Of a stretch of 49,773 nucleotides of DNA, positions 33,049 through 40,781 are shown in pieces. Under the pieces are notes generated by a model. The model saw nothing but the letters and a program-made list of their open reading frames with translations, was not told the origin of the DNA and made no database searches. A program made the position numbers and the translations under genes. Location of the stretch: sequence record PZ715804.1, one strand, 5' to 3'. This DNA comes from a phage. The number at the start of each line of letters is the position of its first letter. The first letter of the stretch is position 1.

Positions 33049-33799
33049 TGGCGTTGCAACACAGTGGCGCTATCCTGAAATGAGCGAGCGCGCAATGTCG
33101 CGCTCCCTACAGGATGTTGCAGCCAAACTAACTGAAAAAATGCGTGACGAATTAAAGCCGATGAAATTTGACGCTACTGACGAAGAGATAGATCAGACAG
33201 AAAGGTCATTGCTTGATTACGTCGAATCACTCATCGCTCCGATTATTGGTTCTCTATCATCCGTTGCGCTCGCGATCTATAAATTCAACTCTAAGCAGTG
33301 GCTGCGCATCGCTCGCAATGCTGGAGGTAAGAAGAATCAAGCCGTGATGCTACTAGCCCTGATTGGTCCTACCGCTGCCGAAAGCTGGTACTCAGGACAA
33401 TATAATCTGTGGCGATCGCAGGTGACTACTTCTATCAGGAAATTTGCCGCCAACATGGTTACTGATTTCACTGATAAACTTCGTGCGGCATCCGGTCAGG
33501 GTAAAAGCAAGGATTTTGTTGTTGAACTTGCTAAGGAGCGATTTGGTATTTACCGTAGCTGGGCCAAAAATAGAGCGTCGGGAATTGTCGGAACCTGGAA
33601 CAGTAGACTGATGCGGCAGCGCATAAAAGACGCTGGTGTATCTTACTATTTCTGGCGCGGGGTGATGGATTTACGCGAACGTGAAAAACATGTAAGATGG
33701 GAAGGTAAGCGCATAGCGGTAGATTCCGATCACGTATTCCCGGGTGAAGAATACAACTGCCGCTGTTGGGCTGTTCCAGACTTTTCTACAGGAGATTAA
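33038..33799 (+). CDS. head morphogenesis / minor capsid protein (putative)
   Basis: 253 aa; position after portal; overlaps portal stop. Confidence 0.5.
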   Translation: MKINGVATQWRYPEMSERAMSRSLQDVAAKLTEKMRDELKPMKFDATDEEIDQTERSLLDYVESLIAPIIGSLSSVALAIYKFNSKQWLRIARNAGGKKNQAVMLLALIGPTAAESWYSGQYNLWRSQVTTSIRKFAANMVTDFTDKLRAASGQGKSKDFVVELAKERFGIYRSWAKNRASGIVGTWNSRLMRQRIKDAGVSYYFWRGVMDLREREKHVRWEGKRIAVDSDHVFPGEEYNCRCWAVPDFSTGD

Positions 33800-33801
33800 A
33801 A

Positions 33802-34914
33802 ATGAAGGCAAAGCAAAGATTCGATTCAGTAAAAATCAAGGCTCACTTTGATGATAACGGTTTTTTAGTTGACCGCCCAATCGTGGCGCGAATCGGCGCT
33901 CAGGTTTACAAAACGCCGCACGGCGATCGAGTTGAGTTCCGTCCGGCGTCCGAAGTTTTCAAGCAAGATTCCTTGCAAAGTTTTGCAGGCAAGCCGATAA
34001 CAGTCGGTCACGTAACGGTGACACCCCAAAATGCTAAGGACGTTGTTGTCGGATCGTGTGCTGGCGCTGGTATTGCTTCAGGGGTTGGCGTTGAAGTTCC
34101 TTTGAGTATTTACAGCGACTACGCGATCAGCAAAGCTAAAGCGAAGGAGGCCGGGGAATTATCTGTAGGGTATACGTCGGTAGATATTGATAAGCCCGGC
34201 TGGGGTTCAAATGAGACTGGAGAATATATCTTCGAAGAGGATATGAAACAGGACGAAGCGCCGCCTGAAGGTTGGGTGAAATTCGACGCGGTACAAACTA
34301 ATATCAAGGTCAACCATATTGCCCTAGTTTTTAAAGGTCGTGCGGGAATTGCTAAATTAAATCTTGATGCCGAACAGGAGTTCCCGTATGATAATAACGT
34401 TCAATTAACTAACGAGGACAAGCAAATGAAAAAAATTAAGATCGACTCAGTTGATGTGGAAGTAACCGAAGACGTTGCGAACCATATCGAAAAATTAACC
34501 GCGCAGATTGCCACCATTCAGGGGAAAGCTGATGGCTTCGAAGCTGAGCGCGATGCGCTGAAGGTTAAGGTTGACTCTCTGCCGGAACTTGTGAAGGCCG
34601 AGGTAGAGAAGCAAAAAGCCGATGCCGCCGCACGCGCAGAAGTTACCGCAGTAGCAGAAACCGCAGGCGTCAAACATGATGGTCTTGATATCAAAGACGT
34701 CAAGATTGCCGTAGTTAAAGCCATGCTTGATAAAGATGTTAGTGAAAAATCAGACGCATATATCGACGCTATGTTTGATGTTGCTAAAGATTCTGATATC
34801 ATGGCTATTCAGCGTAAAGCAGTAAAAGGCGACTCTATCGAAGGCGGTAAGCCGGAAGAGAAAAACGACGCCGCGCCTGTTACGCCAAATTCACGTTTAA
34901 GCAAAGTAATGTAA
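33802..34914 (+). CDS. capsid scaffolding-like protein (putative)
   Basis: Start at internal Met (MKAKQRF) behind GGAG RBS; C-terminal half coiled-coil-like and Ala/Lys/Glu rich. Confidence 0.4.
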   Translation: MKAKQRFDSVKIKAHFDDNGFLVDRPIVARIGAQVYKTPHGDRVEFRPASEVFKQDSLQSFAGKPITVGHVTVTPQNAKDVVVGSCAGAGIASGVGVEVPLSIYSDYAISKAKAKEAGELSVGYTSVDIDKPGWGSNETGEYIFEEDMKQDEAPPEGWVKFDAVQTNIKVNHIALVFKGRAGIAKLNLDAEQEFPYDNNVQLTNEDKQMKKIKIDSVDVEVTEDVANHIEKLTAQIATIQGKADGFEAERDALKVKVDSLPELVKAEVEKQKADAAARAEVTAVAETAGVKHDGLDIKDVKIAVVKAMLDKDVSEKSDAYIDAMFDVAKDSDIMAIQRKAVKGDSIEGGKPEEKNDAAPVTPNSRLSKVM

Positions 34915-34925
34915 GGGGAAATATC

Positions 34926-35402
34926 ATGGCACAAATTAATGCATCTTATCAGCGAGATATGGCGATTGCGCTTCCGGGTATGGTTGCGGATACTTCAAAG
35001 TACAATATTGACGGCGCTTGTGTCGTTAATGAAGGTGATGTTCTTGTTGGCGCTGCCGTACAAGTTGTTCAAGCTCAGGCGGTTGATGGTCATAAGTTGG
35101 TTAAGGCTCTTACTACCGGAACCACTCCTTACGGCGTGGCAATCCGATCTCACTGGCAGACTGTTAACGCTCAAAATCAGATGATTTACGAAGATGGCGG
35201 CGCTATCAACGTGATGACTTCAGGCCGAGTATGGATGCTTTCCAAATCCACCGAAGCACCAACTTTCGGCTCTGCCGTTAAACTTGATGTTGATGGTCAG
35301 GAAAAATCTGATGGCACGATCGAAACAACCTGGACCTACGCTGGCGGTTGGACTAAATACAAAGATATTCAGCTTGTTGAGGTTCAGTTGCATCAACTGT
35401 AA
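34926..35402 (+). CDS. capsid accessory/decoration-like protein (paralog 1)
   Basis: 158 aa; shares DTSKYNIDGACV...GAAVQVV...TPYGVAIRS core with the next gene. Confidence 0.4.
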   Translation: MAQINASYQRDMAIALPGMVADTSKYNIDGACVVNEGDVLVGAAVQVVQAQAVDGHKLVKALTTGTTPYGVAIRSHWQTVNAQNQMIYEDGGAINVMTSGRVWMLSKSTEAPTFGSAVKLDVDGQEKSDGTIETTWTYAGGWTKYKDIQLVEVQLHQL

Positions 35403-35418
35403 TTAGCGTTTAATATGG

Positions 35419-35450
35419 GGACTATCTTTTTTTTGGATAGTCCTTTTTTT
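35419..35450 (+). terminator. terminator-RBS junction before decoration paralog 2
   Basis: GGACTATC / GATAGTCC stem then TTTTTTT then ATGGAGAAA. Confidence 0.6.
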
Positions 35451-35560
35451 ATGGAGAAATCATTATGGCTTACGAAAATTTGTTCTTGCGCCCCGCGTGT
35501 CCGGGATGGAGAAATCATTATGGCTTACGAAAATTTGTTCTTGCGCCCCGCGTGTCCGGG
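35451..35560. repeat. exact 55 bp tandem duplication spanning RBS and start codon of decoration paralog 2
   Basis: ATGGAGAAATCATTATGGCTTACGAAAATTTGTTCTTGCGCCCCGCGTGTCCGGG twice, 55/55 identical. Confidence 0.85.
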
Positions 35561-36287
35561 AAATATTTCTGATACTTCAACCTACAATATTGATGGAGCT
35601 TGTGTGGCTCAAGGTGACATTGGGTTCGGCTCAGCGGTTCAGGTTGTAGGCATCGTTGACGGTGTAAAAGTTGTGGCGGCGCTTCCTGATGGTGGAACTC
35701 CTTACGGTATCGCTTTCCGTTCCCAATATGAACACCTGAGCGGTAAAATCCTTGACGGTGAAGTGTGCAACGTCGTTTCTCACGGTCGCGTATGGACTCT
35801 TACTTCTCTTGGTGAGGCTCCCAGCTTGTTCTCAAAGTTACAGTTTGGGTCTGGTGGAGTTGTTACTGGTGGATCTGGTTCCGCAGGTTGGACATTTGCG
35901 GGTGGCTTTGTTAAGCATGAAGATGGCTACATCATTGAGGTTCAGGTGAAACAAAATGCTTTCATCGCTCCACCGCCACCGCCCCCTGTCGTTCTTGTTG
36001 AATCTGCTACAATCGCCACTGACAAGGAAAGCCCTCAACCAAACAATGTTACGATCCAGTGTGTAGCTAATGCTCTTCCGGATAATGCAACCGATAAGAC
36101 TGGTAAATGGTCAATCGACGCTACCAATATCGCCACTGTCGATCCGGACTCAGGTCTTGTAACTCCTGTTGGTGGAGAGGTAGTCGGTGATTTCAATATT
36201 ACCTGGACGGCTAACGATGCCAGCAAGACGACGGCAACTATTGCTTATCGCGTAGAAGCAGTGCCAACGCCAGAGGTTGATGCATAA
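35520..36287 (+). CDS. capsid accessory/decoration-like protein (paralog 2) with C-terminal Ig-like domain
   Basis: Start at ATG in second copy of a 55 bp tandem duplication; paralogous N-terminal core; PPPPPP linker then Ig-like segment. Confidence 0.45.
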   Translation: MAYENLFLRPACPGNISDTSTYNIDGACVAQGDIGFGSAVQVVGIVDGVKVVAALPDGGTPYGIAFRSQYEHLSGKILDGEVCNVVSHGRVWTLTSLGEAPSLFSKLQFGSGGVVTGGSGSAGWTFAGGFVKHEDGYIIEVQVKQNAFIAPPPPPPVVLVESATIATDKESPQPNNVTIQCVANALPDNATDKTGKWSIDATNIATVDPDSGLVTPVGGEVVGDFNITWTANDASKTTATIAYRVEAVPTPEVDA

Positions 36288-36307
36288 CATAAAAACACTT
36301 TGACGCT

Positions 36308-36327
36308 TTAACAAAAAGTGCTATTAT
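36308..36327 (-). promoter_or_regulatory. motif copy in inverted orientation upstream of the major capsid gene
   Basis: Plus-strand TTTAACAAAAAGTGCTATTA, the reverse complement of the motif; a hairpin with CATAAT loop follows. Confidence 0.4.
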
Positions 36328-36330
36328 TGA

Positions 36331-36358
36331 AGCCGTGAACATAATCACGGCTTTTTTA
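36331..36358 (+). terminator. terminator before the major capsid gene
   Basis: AGCCGTGA-ACATAA-TCACGGCT then TTTTTT. Confidence 0.65.
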
Positions 36359-36378
36359 TTAACTACGGAGAAGTAATC

Positions 36379-37338
36379 ATGACTACTAAAAAATTTGATG
36401 AAGCAGATAAAAGCAATGTTGAAATGTATCTGATCCAGGCTGGCGTAAAACAGGATGCAGCCGCAACGATGGGTATCTGGACCGCTCAGGAACTACACCG
36501 CATCAAGAGTCAGTCCTATGAAGAAGACTACCCGGTCGGCTCCGCTCTACGAGTATTCCCGGTTACAACCGAACTCTCTCCGACCGACAAGACGTTTGAG
36601 TACATGACCTTTGATAAGGTTGGTACTGCTCAGATTATCGCTGACTATACCGATGACCTGCCTCTGGTTGATGCACTTGGTACTTCTGAATTTGGTAAGG
36701 TGTTCCGTTTGGGTAACGCGTATCTGATCTCAATCGACGAAATCAAAGCAGGTCAGGCAACTGGTCGCCCACTGTCAACCCGTAAGGCGAGCGCGTGCCA
36801 GTTGGCGCATGATCAGCTTGTTAACCGCCTGGTGTTCAAAGGTTCCGCACCGCACAAGATTGTGTCCGTGTTTAACCATCCGAACATCACTAAAATTACC
36901 TCCGGTAAGTGGATTGATGCATCTACTATGAAGCCGGAAACTGCGGAAGCTGAGCTAACTCAAGCGATCGAAACCATCGAGACGATTACTCGGGGTCAGC
37001 ACCGCGCAACCAACATCCTGATCCCGCCTTCCGTTCGTAAGGTTTTGGCGATTCGTATGCCTGAGACAACCATGTCTTATCTGGACTATTTTAAGTCTCA
37101 GAACTCCGGTATCGAAATCGACTCTATCGCAGAGCTTGAGGATATTGACGGCGCAGGCACCAAAGGCGTACTGGTGTACGAAAAGAATCCGATGAACATG
37201 TCCATCGAGATCCCGGAAGCATTTAATATGCTGCCAGCACAACCGAAAGACTTGCACTTTAAAGTGCCTTGCACTTCTAAGTGTACTGGTCTTACAATTT
37301 ATCGCCCGATGACTATTGTCTTAATCACTGGCGTGTAA
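36379..37338 (+). CDS. major capsid protein (putative)
   Basis: 319 aa; position and size; strong RBS; flanked by terminators. Confidence 0.6.
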   Translation: MTTKKFDEADKSNVEMYLIQAGVKQDAAATMGIWTAQELHRIKSQSYEEDYPVGSALRVFPVTTELSPTDKTFEYMTFDKVGTAQIIADYTDDLPLVDALGTSEFGKVFRLGNAYLISIDEIKAGQATGRPLSTRKASACQLAHDQLVNRLVFKGSAPHKIVSVFNHPNITKITSGKWIDASTMKPETAEAELTQAIETIETITRGQHRATNILIPPSVRKVLAIRMPETTMSYLDYFKSQNSGIEIDSIAELEDIDGAGTKGVLVYEKNPMNMSIEIPEAFNMLPAQPKDLHFKVPCTSKCTGLTIYRPMTIVLITGV

Positions 37339-37345
37339 TATTATA

Positions 37346-37372
37346 GGGGCTAACTTAGTTAGTCCCTTTTTT
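37346..37372 (+). terminator. terminator-RBS junction after the major capsid gene
   Basis: 9 bp stem with one G-U then TTTTTT then ATTGGAGAAA. Confidence 0.65.
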
Positions 37373-37387
37373 ATTGGAGAAATCAAA

Positions 37388-37675
37388 ATGGCTAAAGAAA
37401 AAACTGTTGTTATCGTAAACGTTGGTGTAGCTCTTCAGATGTTCCGTCTTGAAGATGGTTCCTTTGCTAAAGTTCTTCCAGATGAAGAGGTCACGCTTCC
37501 GGCGTCCGTTCTTGATTTGCCTGGCCTGCGTTGCTTAATTGCTCGCGAAGAAATCGAAGTTAAAGACGACAGTGCAACCAACCGCAAAATCCGCGCTGAA
37601 ATGGCAAAGATCACTAAGCCAGATCCGTGGGATAGCAAAAGCGTTAAAGAGCTTGAGGACGGCGGCGAATATTAA
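37388..37675 (+). CDS. hypothetical head-associated protein
   Basis: 95 aa between two terminator-RBS junctions. Confidence 0.5.
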   Translation: MAKEKTVVIVNVGVALQMFRLEDGSFAKVLPDEEVTLPASVLDLPGLRCLIAREEIEVKDDSATNRKIRAEMAKITKPDPWDSKSVKELEDGGEY

Positions 37676-37681
37676 TCATCA

Positions 37682-37706
37682 AGGCGCTCATGTAGCGCCT
37701 TTTTTT
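37682..37706 (+). terminator. terminator-RBS junction
   Basis: AGGCGCT-CATGT-AGCGCCT then TTTTTT. Confidence 0.7.
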
Positions 37707-37719
37707 ATGGGGGGTAATT

Positions 37720-38130
37720 ATGAATCAAGAAACTTTAATTGCAGCTGTTGAGCAAATGCGAAAGCTGGTTCCGGCACTTCGTAAGGTTCCAGACGAAACG
37801 CTTTATGCGTGGGTAGAAATGGCTGAGCTTTTTGTATGCCAGAAGACCTTTAAAGACGCATACGTCAAAGCGATCGCTCTTTATGCATTACACCTTGCTT
37901 TCCTTGATGGGGCGCTAAAAGGTGAAGATGAGGATCTGGAATCGTACTCACGCCGCGTTACGTCATTCTCACTGAGCGGTGAATTTAGCCAGACTTTCGG
38001 AGAGGTTACGAAGAACCAGTCAGGGAACATGATGCTTTCTACGCCGTGGGGTAAGATGTTCGAACAGCTTAAAGCGAGACGCCGTGGTAGATTCGCATTA
38101 ATGACAGGACTCCGTGGAGGATGCCACTAA
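37720..38130 (+). CDS. head-tail connector protein (gp6-like, putative)
   Basis: 136 aa; position; N-terminal pattern LIAAVEQMRKLVPALRKVPDE. Confidence 0.45.
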   Translation: MNQETLIAAVEQMRKLVPALRKVPDETLYAWVEMAELFVCQKTFKDAYVKAIALYALHLAFLDGALKGEDEDLESYSRRVTSFSLSGEFSQTFGEVTKNQSGNMMLSTPWGKMFEQLKARRRGRFALMTGLRGGCH

Positions 38131-38501
38131 TGAACTACTCACAGATTGAAAGAATGGCTCGCAAAGGCGTGGCTTTCTTCACCGATCCGTCAAGACCTAT
38201 GAACCTGATAAAACAAGGTGAATACGGATATGATGAAAACGGATTCGAGATCCCACCGATGGAACAGGTTATTCCAATATCCGGCGCGACGAGAAGACCG
38301 AACGCGCGTGAGATTGACGGGGAAACTATCCGCACCTCAGATATTTTGGGGATCTTCAATAATGATCATGAAATAAACGAAGGTGACTATATAGAGATTG
38401 ATGGCATTCGTCATGTTGTCGTTGATGCTCGCCCGGTTCAGGCGTCACTGGAACCAGTTGCCTATCGTCCAGTGTTGCGGAGGGTATCAGTCGGTGGCTA
38501 A
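38121..38501 (+). CDS. head-tail adaptor / head closure protein (putative)
   Basis: 126 aa; position. Confidence 0.4.
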   Translation: MPLMNYSQIERMARKGVAFFTDPSRPMNLIKQGEYGYDENGFEIPPMEQVIPISGATRRPNAREIDGETIRTSDILGIFNNDHEINEGDYIEIDGIRHVVVDARPVQASLEPVAYRPVLRRVSVGG

Positions 38502-38937
38502 TTATCAGATTCGTAGATTTCAAGGCGAGATTGATGCGTGGATTAAGGCAGCTGAAAGCACGTTAGAACATGCCATTGAGATATTCGTAAGGGATGTTCA
38601 CGACGCTCTTGTTAGCCGCTCCCCTGTTGATACAGGTCGATTCAAGGGTAACTGGCAGATAACTTTTAACGAAATCCCTAACCACGCATTAAACCGATAC
38701 GATAAAACTGGCAGTGTCGTAAGAGGTGAGGAGCAGGCCAAAACTTATGGCATGTTCAGCCGTGGCGGCGCGATAACATCAGTTCACTTTTCAAACATGT
38801 TGATTTATGCAAACGCTCTTGAGTACGGTCATTCACAGCAAGCACCGAGCGGAGTTGTCGGTCTTGTGGCATTAAGGCTGAGATCATATATGGCTGACGC
38901 AATCAAGCAGGCAAGGAGACAGCAAAATGCACTATGA
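38494..38937 (+). CDS. HK97 gp10-like tail completion protein (putative)
   Basis: GTG start overlapping previous stop (GTGGCTAA); motif SRSPVDTGRFKGNW. Confidence 0.55.
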   Translation: MANYQIRRFQGEIDAWIKAAESTLEHAIEIFVRDVHDALVSRSPVDTGRFKGNWQITFNEIPNHALNRYDKTGSVVRGEEQAKTYGMFSRGGAITSVHFSNMLIYANALEYGHSQQAPSGVVGLVALRLRSYMADAIKQARRQQNAL

Positions 38938-39325
38938 GTTATCAGCGGCGGCGCGAGCCGCTTTTCTATCAAAGTACAGAAACTTTCCTCACTACATGGA
39001 AAACAGAAATTTCACACCTCCTAAGGATGGCGGCATGTGGCTGAGGTTCAACTACATTGAGGGGGATACGCTTTATCTATCCATTGACAGAAAGTGTAAA
39101 TCTTACATCGCAATCGTTCAGATCGGCGTAGTGTTCCCTCCAGGCTCCGGCGTTGACGAAGCAAGATTGAAGGCAAAAGAGATTGCTGATTTTTTCAAAG
39201 ATGGTAAAATGCTTAACGTTGGTTATATTTTCGAGGGTGCAATCGTGCATCAAATTGTTAAACATGAAAGCGGGTGGATGATTCCGGTTCGCTTTACAGT
39301 ACGAGTAGACACAAAGGAGACTTAA
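38927..39325 (+). CDS. tail terminator-like protein (putative)
   Basis: 132 aa; position before major tail protein. Confidence 0.35.
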   Translation: MHYELSAAARAAFLSKYRNFPHYMENRNFTPPKDGGMWLRFNYIEGDTLYLSIDRKCKSYIAIVQIGVVFPPGSGVDEARLKAKEIADFFKDGKMLNVGYIFEGAIVHQIVKHESGWMIPVRFTVRVDTKET

Positions 39326-39326
39326 T

Positions 39327-39995
39327 ATGCACTTACCAAATGGCGCGCAAATTTTCGTGGAAACCTCTCGCGGAGAAGAGATAGAGGCGACCGCTGTCAC
39401 TAACGAAAAAAATCCTGTTGCTACAGTTGCATCTAAAGGTGACTTAGTAAAAGGTGATTACGTTATTGTAACTCAGTCAACTTGGGCTAAGATGGTTAGT
39501 CGAGTACTAATTGTTACTGACGCTCAGGAAACAAGTATTACTCTTGCTGGAATTGACACTACTGATACTCTTGTTTTCCCGGCTGGCGGTACAATGAGCT
39601 TTGCAAAAGTTACTGGTTGGACTGAGATCCCTTGCGTACAGGAGATTGGTCAGGACGGCGGCGAGCAGCAGTATTACACTTATCAGTGTTTGTCCGACGA
39701 TAAAGAACAGCAGATCCCTACGTTTAAATCTGCAATCTCGCTAACGTACACCTTCGCGCACGAATTTGATAACCCTATCTATCCTATTCTGCGTAAGCTG
39801 GATTCTTCTGGTCAGGTAACTGCGGTTCGGATGTATGTTCCAAAAGCGAACGAGATGCGCATGTGGGCTGGTATCTTGTCTTTTAACGACATTCCGTCTA
39901 CGCAAGTAAACGAAATGGAAACGGTACAACTAGCTGTATCCCTGAAAGGTGACTTTACTTTCATCTCATCCACTCTGGCATCGCCTGGTGCTTAA
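39327..39995 (+). CDS. major tail protein (putative)
   Basis: 222 aa; AAGGAG RBS; position immediately before chaperone pair and tape measure. Confidence 0.55.
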   Translation: MHLPNGAQIFVETSRGEEIEATAVTNEKNPVATVASKGDLVKGDYVIVTQSTWAKMVSRVLIVTDAQETSITLAGIDTTDTLVFPAGGTMSFAKVTGWTEIPCVQEIGQDGGEQQYYTYQCLSDDKEQQIPTFKSAISLTYTFAHEFDNPIYPILRKLDSSGQVTAVRMYVPKANEMRMWAGILSFNDIPSTQVNEMETVQLAVSLKGDFTFISSTLASPGA

Positions 39996-40007
39996 ATACC
40001 ATCCATA

Positions 40008-40034
40008 GGGGGCTTGCGTCCCCTTATTCATTTC
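40008..40034 (+). terminator. terminator after the major tail protein gene
   Basis: GGGGGC-TTGC-GTCCCC (one G-U) then U-rich tract. Confidence 0.5.
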
Positions 40035-40069
40035 TGTAAAATCATCCTATCAACTCTATTCACTTAACT

Positions 40070-40089
40070 TTTAACAAAAAGTGCTATCA
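40070..40089 (-). promoter_or_regulatory. motif copy in inverted orientation abutting the tail chaperone RBS
   Basis: Plus-strand TTTTAACAAAAAGTGCTATC then CCAATCAGGAG RBS. Confidence 0.4.
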
Positions 40090-40108
40090 ACCAATCAGGA
40101 GAAACATC

Positions 40109-40426
40109 ATGGCTAAATTCAATTTCGTGTTGGGCCAGCTTCCAGACTTCAAACTTCCGGTGACGTTCACCATGCCAAACGGCGAGGATGCAACTATTAT
40201 TTTTACAGTGCGCCACCTTTCCAGTAAAGAAGTGCAAGATATGTATGCGAAGCAGGGCGAAATGAATGATAGCGATTTCATCACTAAGATCGCGTCAGGC
40301 TGGAATCTGGAAGAAGAATTTAACGAAGAGAATACGCGTAAACTGGTACAGTATTATCCTTCCGCAGCGTACAACCTGACGGCAACTTACATCAAGGCGC
40401 TCGCCGGACACCGCGCAAAAAACTAA
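40109..40426 (+). CDS. tail assembly chaperone (lambda G-like, zero-frame product)
   Basis: 105 aa; ends at TAA 40424-40426 directly after slippery A_AAA_AAC. Confidence 0.7.
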   Translation: MAKFNFVLGQLPDFKLPVTFTMPNGEDATIIFTVRHLSSKEVQDMYAKQGEMNDSDFITKIASGWNLEEEFNEENTRKLVQYYPSAAYNLTATYIKALAGHRAKN

Positions 40427-40743
40427 AAAGGGCGGTTTATCTGTTATATCAGAAACCGCCGACAGAAGAGCAATTACGATCGGTTGGCCTCAGTCTTTCT
40501 GACTATGAAGACGAGGAACCGGAAACGATAATCGGCGATACTGAAATGGTGAAGGCGTGGAATGTTTTTACGTCAATGCTCACTCAGTGGAGAAGTTCAG
40601 GCGCTGGAGCTTATGGTCTTGACTATAATGTTTTGCCTATGTTGTTCAAAATCTATAAAATAGAAGATGAAGAACTGGCATTGCAGGACGTTAGAATCAT
40701 GGAAGCGAAAGCGCTTGAAATGGTTGCTAAGCAAAACAACTAA
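40109..40743 (+). CDS. tail assembly chaperone frameshift fusion (lambda GT-like), made by -1 shift at 40417-40423
   Basis: -1 frame is open from the slippery site to TAA 40741-40743 with no start codon of its own until 40546; stem-loop 7 nt downstream of the heptamer. Confidence 0.6.
40417..40460 (+). other. programmed -1 ribosomal frameshift site: slippery heptamer A_AAA_AAC (40417-40423) plus downstream stem-loop (40431-40460)
   Basis: Heptamer is in zero-frame phase at the last two codons of the chaperone ORF; stem GGCGGTTT/AAACCGCC starts 7 nt downstream. Confidence 0.6.
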
Positions 40744-40765
40744 GCCGCCGTTTGGCGGTTTTTTC
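40744..40765 (+). terminator. terminator-RBS junction between chaperone and tape measure genes
   Basis: CCGCC-GTTT-GGCGG then TTTTTT. Confidence 0.65.
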
Positions 40766-40781
40766 GTATATAGGGGGTTAT

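Noticed and set aside
35465-35566. Short ORF initiated at the ATG of the first copy of the 55 bp duplication
   Set aside because: Out of frame with the downstream paralogous protein and terminates after 33 codons; it is a by-product of the duplication, not an independent gene.
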